Assembly: GCA_040218735.1 (NCBI GenBank)
Contig: JAVJQW010000038.1
Location: 96,001-160,000, forward strand
DNA length: 64,000 nt
Direction of reading: 5' to 3'
Source: Deltaproteobacteria bacterium
GTDB lineage: Bacteria > Myxococcota > Kuafuiibacteriia > Kuafuiibacteriales > Kuafuiibacteriaceae
Of this stretch, positions 12,016 through 20,545 are shown piece by piece. Made by a program: the position numbers and the translations under genes. Position 1 is the stretch's first letter; each line of letters begins with the position of its first letter. The notes under the pieces were generated by a model. It had not been told where the DNA came from. It saw nothing but the letters and a program-made list of their open reading frames with translations, and searched no databases.

Positions 12016-12939
12016 ATGGGGACGGCCGTGAGTATCAACGGGACGCTCGTCGCGCCCGAGGACGCCCGCGTCTCGGTCTTCGACCGGGGCTTTCTGTACG
12101 GCGATTCGGTGTACGAGGTGGTGCGGACCTACAAGGGCGTGCCTTTCGAGCTCGAGAAGCACCTCGCTCGGCTGGAGAGCTCCGCGGCGCGCATCCACAT
12201 GGCGCTCCCCGCCTCGCTCGACGAGATCCGTGCCGACATCGCGGCCGCCCACGTGGCGAGCGGGAACGACGACTCCTACGTCCGGGTCGTCGTGACGCGC
12301 GGCGCCGGGCCGATCGGCCTCGACCCTGCGATGGCGATCGACCCCCTGCGGATCGTGGTGGCGCGGGAGCTGTCGCCGCCGCCGCCGGAGGCGTACGCGG
12401 ATGGCGTGAAGATCGCGCTGGTGTCGGTGCGGCGAAACCTCCGGTCCGCGATCGACCCCGCCGCGAAGACCGGCAACTACCTCAACTCGGTCATGGCGCT
12501 CGCCGAGGCACGCGAGCGCGGCGCCCACGAAGCCGTGATGCTCGACCACCGCGACTACGTCACCGAGGGCGCGTCCTCGAACGTGTTCGCCGTGATGGAG
12601 CGGGCGGTGCTCACCCCTCCGCTCGACGCCGGCATCCTGGAGGGCGTCACCCGCGGCGTGGTGTTCGAGGTCGCGCGGCGCGCGGGCCTGCGGGTGATCG
12701 AGCTGCCGCTCACCGAGGCCGCGCTGGAGCACGCGGACGAGGTCTTCATCACCTCGTCGATCCGCGAGATCGTCCCGGTCGTGCGGGTCGACGATCGTGT
12801 GGTCGGCTCGGGGCGACCGGGGCCGGTCTACAAACGGATCCGCCAGCTGTTCGACGAGTACGTCGAGCAGTACGTGCTTACGCATCGTCCGCGAGCGCGG
12901 TCGGCGTCGTCGGCAGGCGCGCCCGATCGTACGAGCTGA
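12016..12939 (+). CDS. class IV PLP aminotransferase (IlvE/PabC/Dat family)
   Basis: DRGFLYGDSVYE, KTGNY, EGASSNVF, LEGVTR. Confidence 0.92.
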   Translation: MGTAVSINGTLVAPEDARVSVFDRGFLYGDSVYEVVRTYKGVPFELEKHLARLESSAARIHMALPASLDEIRADIAAAHVASGNDDSYVRVVVTRGAGPIGLDPAMAIDPLRIVVARELSPPPPEAYADGVKIALVSVRRNLRSAIDPAAKTGNYLNSVMALAEARERGAHEAVMLDHRDYVTEGASSNVFAVMERAVLTPPLDAGILEGVTRGVVFEVARRAGLRVIELPLTEAALEHADEVFITSSIREIVPVVRVDDRVVGSGRPGPVYKRIRQLFDEYVEQYVLTHRPRARSASSAGAPDRTS

Positions 12940-13774
12940 GGAGCTCGTCGGGGCGAATCGCGGCTTCGGTCGTGAGGTCGAGCGAGCGGGCGAGGGCGCC
13001 CACGATCCGCTCCGGTGACTCGCCGAGCGTCCGGATCGGCTGCGCGCGGTGCCGCTTCGCGAGGCGCTTGCCCTCGGCGTCGACGACCAGCGGGACGTGC
13101 ACGGACTCGGGGGGCGGCGCGTCCGGATCCAGCAGCGATCGGAGCAGCAGCTGCCGGGGTGTCGAGTCGAAGAGATCGGCGCCGCGGACGATGCACGTCA
13201 CGCCCTGCGCGAGGTCGTCCACCGTCACGGCGAGCTGGTAGGCCCACAGGCCGTCGGCGCGCTTCAGGACGAAGTCCCCCACGACGTCGTGGACGTTCTG
13301 CTCGATTCCGCCGAGCCGGGCGTCGATGTGGGTGAACACGTCGTGCTCCTCCGTACGGAGGCGTATGGCCGGCGTTCGTTCACCATACGGTTCCGTACGG
13401 TCTCGGCAGGTCCCGGGATACCGTGCTGAAGGGCCGTGCGGCGCGGAGGCCTCGCGGATCTGTTTACGGCTGCACGTGCACGCGAAGGTCCGGCCGAGCG
13501 CCCCGAGCCGCTCGAGCGCGGCTGCGTAGGCGTCGGTGCGCTGGCTCTGCCAGGTGGGCTCGTCGTCCCAGTCGAGCCCCAGCCATTCGAGGTCGGCGAG
13601 GATGCTGTCCGCCGCGCCTTCGACGGTGCGCGGTCCATCGATGTCCTCGATGCGCATCAGCAGGCGGCCGCCGTGGTGGCGGGCGTCGAGCCAGGCGACG
13701 AGGCTGGTGCGCGCGATGCCGAGGTGGACGTGGCCGGTGGGGCTCGGGGCGAGGCGTCCGACGTACACCGACAC
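12878..13774 (-). CDS. gluQ: tRNA glutamyl-Q(34) synthetase GluQRS
   Basis: RLAPSPTG, HLG, RIEDID, CTCSR, RGADL, KRLAKR; no anticodon-binding domain. Confidence 0.9.
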   Translation of the reverse strand: MSVYVGRLAPSPTGHVHLGIARTSLVAWLDARHHGGRLLMRIEDIDGPRTVEGAADSILADLEWLGLDWDDEPTWQSQRTDAYAAALERLGALGRTFACTCSRKQIREASAPHGPSARYPGTCRDRTEPYGERTPAIRLRTEEHDVFTHIDARLGGIEQNVHDVVGDFVLKRADGLWAYQLAVTVDDLAQGVTCIVRGADLFDSTPRQLLLRSLLDPDAPPPESVHVPLVVDAEGKRLAKRHRAQPIRTLGESPERIVGALARSLDLTTEAAIRPDELLSSYDRARLPTTPTALADDA

Positions 13775-13839
13775 CGCGTCTACTCGAATGGCGCGCCGGT
13801 ATTCAAGCTCCGGAGCGGACGGCCGATCTGGTTTCGACG

Positions 13840-14973
13840 ATGGCGATGAAGCGTATCCTCGTGGCTTGTGACGCGGGCGCGGCGGGGCGAGAGCTCCTGA
13901 CGCGACGTGACTTGGATCTGGGCTGGGCGCTGACGGCGAAGGAAGCCGAGGCCTGGATGAAGCACAAGACCCCCGACGTCGTCCTGACGCGCGAGGAGAT
14001 CGCGCCCCAGGTGCTCGACGCCGTGCGGAAGATGAAGCGCTCCCCCGCGTGTGTGGTGCTCCTCGATCCGGACGGCTGGGATCGCCGCGTCGGCTACTTC
14101 GACGGTGGTGCGACCGGGCTCGTCCAAGCGTCGAACCGCGCGCGCATCTTGGAGGCCGTGTCGAACCTCACCGGGCTCGCCTTTGCCTCGCACGCACGTG
14201 TTCCGTTTCGAGACGTCGTCGAGGTGACCTGGCGCCGCGAGACCCACCTGCTCGAGACCCGTGACCTGAGCACCTCGGGCGTCGCGGTGAGCGGGATGGA
14301 AGGGGCGGTCGTCGGCGAGCGGCTCCGCGTCGCGTTTGTCATGTCCGAGCCGCAGGTCGTGGTCGACGGTGTCATCGTTCGACGCATGCGCGAGGACGGC
14401 GAGCACGTCATCGGCGTGTCCTTTCTCGACGTCGACCAGCGCAGCTTCGCGGGCCTCGAGGCCATCATCGAGGCGGAGCTCGCCAAGCTCCCCGCGGTCC
14501 CGGAGCCGGTCGCGCTGACCTCCGACCTCGCCGGCACGTTCACGATCGATCTCAACACGATGATGGCGGCCCAACAGAAGCCCGAGCAGGGCTTCCGGGA
14601 GATGCTCGAGAACGTCGTCTCCCCGTCCGGCGAGTCCGAGCAGCGGCTGCCGCGGTGGCTGAAGCGCGTCGAGCATTCGTTGACCGGAATCGAGCGCGAG
14701 GCGCTCCTCACGCGCGAGCCGGCCTTCGCCAGCCAGGCGATCGACGCGCGCATCCGCATCGAGCGCGCGCGTTCGCGCGTCGATGGGCACGGCCCGACAC
14801 AGGACGACTGCAAGTCGGTGCTCGACATCTCCCGAAACCTCGCGAGCGACGCGGCCAGCGCCGACGCCAAGGTCCTCGCCGACGTGCCGAACATTCGCGC
14901 CGCGCTCTTGCTCGGCGTGTACGGCGCGACGCGGAGCGCGAACGAAGGCAGCAAGCTCCGCAAGGCCGGTTGA
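13840..14973 (+). CDS. pseudo-receiver + PilZ domain protein
   Basis: Receiver-like N-terminus (KRILVA..PDVVL); RDLSTSG and GVSF PilZ elements. Confidence 0.65.
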   Translation: MAMKRILVACDAGAAGRELLTRRDLDLGWALTAKEAEAWMKHKTPDVVLTREEIAPQVLDAVRKMKRSPACVVLLDPDGWDRRVGYFDGGATGLVQASNRARILEAVSNLTGLAFASHARVPFRDVVEVTWRRETHLLETRDLSTSGVAVSGMEGAVVGERLRVAFVMSEPQVVVDGVIVRRMREDGEHVIGVSFLDVDQRSFAGLEAIIEAELAKLPAVPEPVALTSDLAGTFTIDLNTMMAAQQKPEQGFREMLENVVSPSGESEQRLPRWLKRVEHSLTGIEREALLTREPAFASQAIDARIRIERARSRVDGHGPTQDDCKSVLDISRNLASDAASADAKVLADVPNIRAALLLGVYGATRSANEGSKLRKAG

Positions 14974-15024
14974 CGAACTGGCCAGTTGCCGCGTGAGGAC
15001 CGTCGAGGCCTACTCGTGGCCGTC

Positions 15025-16536
15025 ATGGTCCGACGCGCCCTGGTCATTGCCTCCCTCCTCGCTTTGCCGGGCTCCGTCGCCGACGCGGCCGACGCCAAGC
15101 GGGTCGCGATCCTCTACTTCGACAACGACACGAAGGACGCGGAGCTCGACCTCCTCCGCAAGGGCATGGCCGACATGCTCATCACCGACCTCAGCGATCT
15201 CGACGGCGTGACCATCGTCGAGCGCGAGAAGCTCGAAGCGCTCCTCGCCGAACAGAAGCTCCAACGTTCCAAGTACTTCGATCCGAAGACCGCCGTGAAG
15301 TTGGGGCGAGGCGCGGGCGCGACGCACGCCGTGACCGGTGCGTTCAACGCCGTCGGCTCCAAGCTGCGCGTCGACGTGCGCCTCGTCGAGGTCGCGACCG
15401 GGAACGTCGTCGCCACGGAGAAGGTCGTCGGTCAGAAGAAGGCGTTCTTCACGCTGCAGCAGCGGCTCGCGGTCGCCTTCGCCTGTCGCCTCGCCGAGCA
15501 ACGCTGCGGTACGAAGCCGTCGGGCAAGGGCCCCAGCCTGGGCACCGTCCGAAAGTACGCGAAGGGCCTCGACCTCGCCGACTCCGGCAAGCTGAAGGAG
15601 GCGACGAAGACTCTCCAGGGGGTCGTGACCAGCGCGCCCAACTTCAAGCCGGCCGCCGAGACCTACCGGCGAATCATGAAGCAGCTGTACGCGGCGCGTT
15701 CCTCGCGGACCGACCAGCTCGGGGACGTACGCCAGAAGCTCCAGGCGAAGGTCGACGCCGTCGCGCGCGCCGATCGGCTGGGGCAGGCGAAGGGCATCGA
15801 CGAGGCGACCGTCGGCCGGTGGGTTGGCTACCGCGTGCTGGGCACGCAGCTCGTCCTGCAGCAGATCGACGCGCACTTCCGCGTGCTCGCGCAGGCGGGC
15901 GCTTCGGCCGACTCCGGCCAGGAGAAGTTCGCGAAGCTCGTCGAACGCTACCGAACGCAGGTCGATCGGCTCGCGACCGACGTCGAGAAGTACGCCGCGA
16001 AGCACCCCGGCTCCGGCCTCCCGGACTGCACGCTGGACGACGAGGACACTGCGCTCGGGAAGAAGCTCGGCCTCGGCGACGAGCCGGGTGTCGTGAGCTT
16101 CTATTCGCCGGTGCGGATGCGTCGTGACCTCGGCTCGTTCCTCACCACCGGGGAGGCGCCGTTCTGGGGGACGTTCCGCTTCTCCAAGGACATCAAGCTC
16201 TACACCGTCCACCGCATCGACTCCGGCGTGCGCGTGGGCGGCGCCATCGAGTACCGCGACGTGCCGCGCCCTCCGGTGGAGCGCCTCCACGACCGCTTCT
16301 CCAAGGCCGCGATCCGCCAGTTCGAAGCGGCCCTCGCCGGCGCCGCGAAGATGGAGGACGGCGACGATCGGCAGACCGCCACCATCGATGTGCTCGACGC
16401 CTACGCGAAGGGGCTCGTCGCGCTCCGCCGCCCGGTCGAGGCCGTCGCGCGCTGGCAGTCGATCCTCGAGCGGTACCCGAAGTACGAGTCCTACGACGAG
16501 GTCGAAGCGAAGATCCGGGCGGCGCTCGGCGAGTGA
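15025..16536 (+). CDS. CsgG/FlgO/TolB-N-like secreted protein with TPR-like helices
   Basis: Signal peptide; VAILYFDN, ADMLITDL, VEREKLEALLAEQ, RLVEVATG. Confidence 0.75.
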   Translation: MVRRALVIASLLALPGSVADAADAKRVAILYFDNDTKDAELDLLRKGMADMLITDLSDLDGVTIVEREKLEALLAEQKLQRSKYFDPKTAVKLGRGAGATHAVTGAFNAVGSKLRVDVRLVEVATGNVVATEKVVGQKKAFFTLQQRLAVAFACRLAEQRCGTKPSGKGPSLGTVRKYAKGLDLADSGKLKEATKTLQGVVTSAPNFKPAAETYRRIMKQLYAARSSRTDQLGDVRQKLQAKVDAVARADRLGQAKGIDEATVGRWVGYRVLGTQLVLQQIDAHFRVLAQAGASADSGQEKFAKLVERYRTQVDRLATDVEKYAAKHPGSGLPDCTLDDEDTALGKKLGLGDEPGVVSFYSPVRMRRDLGSFLTTGEAPFWGTFRFSKDIKLYTVHRIDSGVRVGGAIEYRDVPRPPVERLHDRFSKAAIRQFEAALAGAAKMEDGDDRQTATIDVLDAYAKGLVALRRPVEAVARWQSILERYPKYESYDEVEAKIRAALGE

Positions 16537-16539
16537 GGC

Positions 16540-18102
16540 TCACCGCACCTCGTCGAACGTGAGGCCGTAGCGCGCGAGGTACTTGCGTAGACGATCGGCG
16601 TCGTTCGGGTTCGCCTTCGCCTTGCGCGACTCGGCGAACAACACCCGTCCCGCGGCCGACAGGGACGCCGCGCCCTTGCAGACCTTCATGACCTCCTCGA
16701 GCTGAACGCGGTCGAAGCGGTCGAGGGGGCGGTCCACCGGGAGCGCATCCGGAGCGGTCGCGCCCCAGGAGCGGGTGAGGCGCTCGATCTCGTCGTCCAC
16801 GGTGCGCGCGTCGATGCGGGCCTCGGGCGCGAGCGTCGCCATGCGCACGACGGCCGCGTTGAGGTCGCGGAAGTTCCTGCGCCAGGTCGCACGCTCCGCG
16901 CGCGCGAACGTGAGGAAGCGTCGCCGCGCTTCGCGGGTGAAGGTGACCATCTGGCCGTTGTCGTCCGTGAAGCGTTCCAGCTCGTAGTCGAGGTTCGGCT
17001 CGATGTCCTCGCGGCGGTCGGCGAGGCCCGGGAGCTCGAACGTCCACAGGTTGATGCGCGCGAGGAGGTCCTCGCGGAAGCGCCCCTCCTCGACGGCGCG
17101 CCCGAGGTCGCGGTTGGTGCCGGCGATCAGCCGGAAGTCACTCGACACCTCCGCGTCCGCGCCGACCGGGAGGAACCGACGCTCCTCCAACGCGCGGAGG
17201 AGCATCGCTTGTTCGTCGACCCCGAGCTCGCCGATCTCGTCGAGGAACAGCACGCCGCCGTCCGCGGAGCGCAGCAGGCCCGGCCGGTCTTCGATCGCGC
17301 CCGTGAACGCGCCGCGTTTGTGGCCGAAGAGCGCGGACATCGCGGCGTCGCCGCGGAGCGTCGCGCAGTTCACCTCGACGTACGCGCCACCGACTTTGCC
17401 GCGCCCCTGCACGAGCTCGTAGATGCGCCGCGCGAGCCGCGACTTACCGGCGCCGGTGGGGCCGGTGATCAGCATCGGCGCCGCCGACGCGAGCGCGACG
17501 CGTTCGATGCGGGCGATGAGCTCGTTGAAGGCGCGGTTCTTGGTCTGGATGCCGGACTTGAGGAAGGAGACCCCCTCCTCGTGCTCGCGCCGAAAGCGGC
17601 GCGCGATGCGGTCGTACTTCGACAGGTCGAGGTCGATCGTCGAGTAGTCACCCACCGGGTCTGCGCTGCGCCGCGACGGCGGCGACACCTGAACCAGCTC
17701 GCCCGGGACGTGGTGCGACTCCGTGAGGAGGAACCAACAGATCTGCGCCACGTGCGTGCCGGTGGTGACGTGCACGAGGTAGCGCTCGCGCTCCGGCCGG
17801 AAGTTGTACGCGCGGACGAAGTCGTGCAGCGCCGCGTAGACCTCTTCGAAGTCCCACGGGTTCTTCAGCGTGACTGGGTGGTGCCGGACCTCCGTCTGCG
17901 GCGAGACGTTGGCGATGTCCTTCGCGACCACGTTCGCGAGGCGGTCGTGGCGCGGATCCGAGATGAGCTCCAGGCGGTCCACGAGGAGATCCTCGTGGCG
18001 GCAGAGATCGACGGTCGGGCGCCACTTGTGCCAGCGCTTGCTGCTCGTGCCGCTGTCGAGCGTCGTGCCGAGCAATCCGAGGACGACGGTGCGCTTAGCC
18101 AT
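16540..18102 (-). CDS. rtcR: sigma54-dependent RNA-repair activator RtcR
   Basis: RW..WRPTV, PWDFEEVY, HVTTGTHVAQIC, GPTGAGKS, GAFTGA, NDADRLRKYL. Confidence 0.97.
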   Translation of the reverse strand: MAKRTVVLGLLGTTLDSGTSSKRWHKWRPTVDLCRHEDLLVDRLELISDPRHDRLANVVAKDIANVSPQTEVRHHPVTLKNPWDFEEVYAALHDFVRAYNFRPERERYLVHVTTGTHVAQICWFLLTESHHVPGELVQVSPPSRRSADPVGDYSTIDLDLSKYDRIARRFRREHEEGVSFLKSGIQTKNRAFNELIARIERVALASAAPMLITGPTGAGKSRLARRIYELVQGRGKVGGAYVEVNCATLRGDAAMSALFGHKRGAFTGAIEDRPGLLRSADGGVLFLDEIGELGVDEQAMLLRALEERRFLPVGADAEVSSDFRLIAGTNRDLGRAVEEGRFREDLLARINLWTFELPGLADRREDIEPNLDYELERFTDDNGQMVTFTREARRRFLTFARAERATWRRNFRDLNAAVVRMATLAPEARIDARTVDDEIERLTRSWGATAPDALPVDRPLDRFDRVQLEEVMKVCKGAASLSAAGRVLFAESRKAKANPNDADRLRKYLARYGLTFDEVR

Positions 18103-18105
18103 GGC

Positions 18106-18130
18106 GATATTGATTTATATCACCTGATAA
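18106..18130. promoter_or_regulatory. putative RtcR upstream activating sequence
   Basis: AT-rich island with overlapping inverted repeats GATAT-N6-ATATC and TATC-N4-GATA. Confidence 0.55.
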
Positions 18131-18171
18131 CCCGCGGCAAGGCGCGAGGACGGAGCGCACGCCTCCGCCGT

Positions 18172-18187
18172 TGGCACGGCAGCTGCT
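18172..18187 (+). promoter_or_regulatory. sigma54 -24/-12 promoter of rtcBA
   Basis: TGGCACGGCAGCTGCT, with GG-N10-GC spacing, opposite rtcR. Confidence 0.85.
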
Positions 18188-18202
18188 CTTGTCCAGGGCA
18201 TC

Positions 18203-19420
18203 ATGCCGAACATCATCAACGTCGAGTCCGGTCGCCCCATCAAGGCCTGGACGAAGGACCTCCCCATCGACGAGCGCGCCGAGAAGCAGCTCGTCCAGAC
18301 GGCGCAGCTGCCGTTCATCCACAAGTGGCTCGCGGTCATGCCCGACGTGCACGCCGGTCTCGGCGCGACGATCGGCTCTGTGATCCCGACCGACAAGGCG
18401 ATCGTCCCCGCGGCGGTCGGCGTCGACATCGGGTGCGGGATGATGGCGGTGGAGACGAGCCTGGTGGCGTCGGACCTGCCGGACTCGCTCAAGCCGGTCC
18501 GCCACGCGATCGAGCGGACCGTCCCGCACGGCCGCACGCACCGCGGTGGCCCCGGCGACCGCGGCGCGTTCTCGACGCTCCCGGCGACGCACGCCGCGGG
18601 GTGGACGACGCTCGAGGACGGGTGGGCGAAGATCGTCGAGAAGCACCCGAAGCTGAAGCGCGGAACGACCGAGAAGCACCTCGGTACGCTCGGTACCGGT
18701 AACCACTTCATCGAGGTGTGCCTCGACGAGCGTGGTCACGTCTGGGTGATGCTGCACTCGGGTTCGCGTGGCGTGGGTAACCGCGTCGGCCGCTACTTCA
18801 TCGAGCTCGCGAAGAAGGAGATGGAGCGGTGGATGATCCACCTGCCGAACCAGGACCTCGCGTACCTCGCGGAGGGGTCGCAGTACTTCGACGACTACGT
18901 CGAGGCGGTGTCCTGGGCGCAGGCGTTCGCACGGACGAACCGTGAGCTCATGATGGCGGCGACGCTCGACGCGATGCACCGCTGCCCCGAGCTCCCGGCG
19001 TTCACGACGGATCGGATGGCGGTGAACTGCCACCACAACTACGTCGAGCGCGAGCACCACTACGGGAAGAACGTATGGGTGACGCGTAAGGGCGCGGTGC
19101 GTGCGCGGCTCGGTGACCTCGGGATCATCCCCGGCTCGATGGGCGCGAAGTCGTTCATCGTCCGCGGTAAGGGGCACGAGGAGGCGTTCTGCTCGTGCTC
19201 GCACGGCGCGGGTCGTTTGATGTCGCGTACGGCGGCGAAGAAGCACTTCACGCTGGATGACCACGCGAAGGCGACCGAGGGCGTCGAGTGCCGCAAGGAC
19301 GCGGACGTCATCGACGAGACGCCGGGTGCGTACAAGCCGATCGAGAAGGTCATGGAGGCCCAGGCCGAGCTCGTCGACATCGTCCACACGCTGCGTCAGG
19401 TCGTTTGTGTGAAGGGTTGA
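18203..19420 (+). CDS. rtcB: RNA ligase RtcB
   Basis: MPDVH, VGVDIGCG, GNHFIE, HSGSRG, HHNY, SHGAGR. Confidence 0.98.
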   Translation: MPNIINVESGRPIKAWTKDLPIDERAEKQLVQTAQLPFIHKWLAVMPDVHAGLGATIGSVIPTDKAIVPAAVGVDIGCGMMAVETSLVASDLPDSLKPVRHAIERTVPHGRTHRGGPGDRGAFSTLPATHAAGWTTLEDGWAKIVEKHPKLKRGTTEKHLGTLGTGNHFIEVCLDERGHVWVMLHSGSRGVGNRVGRYFIELAKKEMERWMIHLPNQDLAYLAEGSQYFDDYVEAVSWAQAFARTNRELMMAATLDAMHRCPELPAFTTDRMAVNCHHNYVEREHHYGKNVWVTRKGAVRARLGDLGIIPGSMGAKSFIVRGKGHEEAFCSCSHGAGRLMSRTAAKKHFTLDDHAKATEGVECRKDADVIDETPGAYKPIEKVMEAQAELVDIVHTLRQVVCVKG

Positions 19421-19439
19421 GAGACCTTTTGCGGTTGTC

Positions 19440-19483
19440 GGGGGCGCTCCGGGTCGTACTACGGTGCGACCCGGGGCGCCCCC
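19440..19483 (+). other. intergenic 20-bp RNA hairpin with cUACGg tetraloop
   Basis: GGGGGCGCTCCGGGTCGTAC-TACG-GTGCGACCCGGGGCGCCCCC; two G-U pairs on the + strand; no U-tract. Confidence 0.8.
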
Positions 19484-19497
19484 CGGGGGAGAACGCC

Positions 19498-20514
19498 ATG
19501 AAGATCATCGACGGTTCACGCGGCGAGGGCGGCGGACAGATCCTCCGTTCCTCGATGGCCCTCGCCATCCTCACCCGGACCCCCATTCAGATCGTCAACA
19601 TCCGCGCGAAGCGCAGCAAGCCCGGGCTGATGCGTCAGCACCTCACGGCGGTGCGCGCCGCCGCCGAGATCTGCGGCGGCACGCTGTCGGGCGACCGGCT
19701 CGGCGCGCGCGAGATCGTCTTCGAGCCGGGCGACGTCCGTCCCGGCGACTACACCTTCACGATCGGGACGGCCGGCAGCGTCGGCCTCGTCTTCCAGACC
19801 GTGCTCTATCCGTTGCTCCTCGCGGACGGCCCGTCGCGGCTGACGCTCGAGGGCGGAACCCACAACAAGCAGGCGCCGCCGTACGACTTCTTGGTGAAGA
19901 CGTTCTTGCCGTTGCTCGCGAAGATGGGCGGCGACGTCGAGGTCACGCTCGACAAGCCGGGCTTCTATCCGGCGGGCGGCGGGCGGTATCACGTCGCGAT
20001 TCGGCCTTCGAAGCTCGGTCCGCTGGAGCTGATGGAGCGCGGCGAGGTCGGCGACGTCCGCGTGCGCGCGCTCGTCGCGAACCTCCCACTGTCGATCGCC
20101 AAGCGTGAGCTCGGGGTCGTTCAGAAGGTGCTCGGGCTCGACCGGGGTCAGACCCACCTCGAGGAGGTCGAAGGCTCCGACGGTCCCGGCAACGTGGTGT
20201 TCGTGGAGCTCGCCGCGGAGCACGTCACGGAGGTCGCGAGCGCCTACGGTGAGCGCGGCGTGCGCGCGGAGGCGGTCGCGAAGAAGGTCGCAAAGGAGGC
20301 GAAGCGGTACCTCGAGAACGGCGCGCCGGTCGGCGAGCACCTCGCGGACCAGCTCCTCCTCCCGCTCGCGCTCGGTGCGGGCGGTGTGTTCGTGAGCGGG
20401 CCGCTGTCGGAGCACAGCCTCACGAACATCGAGACCATCCGCATGTTCCTCGACGTCGACATCCAGACCCGCCCGGTCGGTGATCGCGTCGAGGTCCGCG
20501 TGATGCCCGGTTGA
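19498..20514 (+). CDS. rtcA: RNA 3'-terminal phosphate cyclase
   Basis: IDGSRGEGGGQILR, PGLMRQH, GGTHN, GFYPAGGG, GEHLADQL. Confidence 0.97.
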   Translation: MKIIDGSRGEGGGQILRSSMALAILTRTPIQIVNIRAKRSKPGLMRQHLTAVRAAAEICGGTLSGDRLGAREIVFEPGDVRPGDYTFTIGTAGSVGLVFQTVLYPLLLADGPSRLTLEGGTHNKQAPPYDFLVKTFLPLLAKMGGDVEVTLDKPGFYPAGGGRYHVAIRPSKLGPLELMERGEVGDVRVRALVANLPLSIAKRELGVVQKVLGLDRGQTHLEEVEGSDGPGNVVFVELAAEHVTEVASAYGERGVRAEAVAKKVAKEAKRYLENGAPVGEHLADQLLLPLALGAGGVFVSGPLSEHSLTNIETIRMFLDVDIQTRPVGDRVEVRVMPG

Positions 20515-20545
20515 TCGAAAGCGCGCCGCGTCGCATCACGGCCGG

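Noticed and set aside
19421-19497. tRNA or Y RNA in the rtc operon
   Set aside because: Only one long hairpin is visible, with no cloverleaf or T-loop motif, and no Ro/Rsr gene is nearby.
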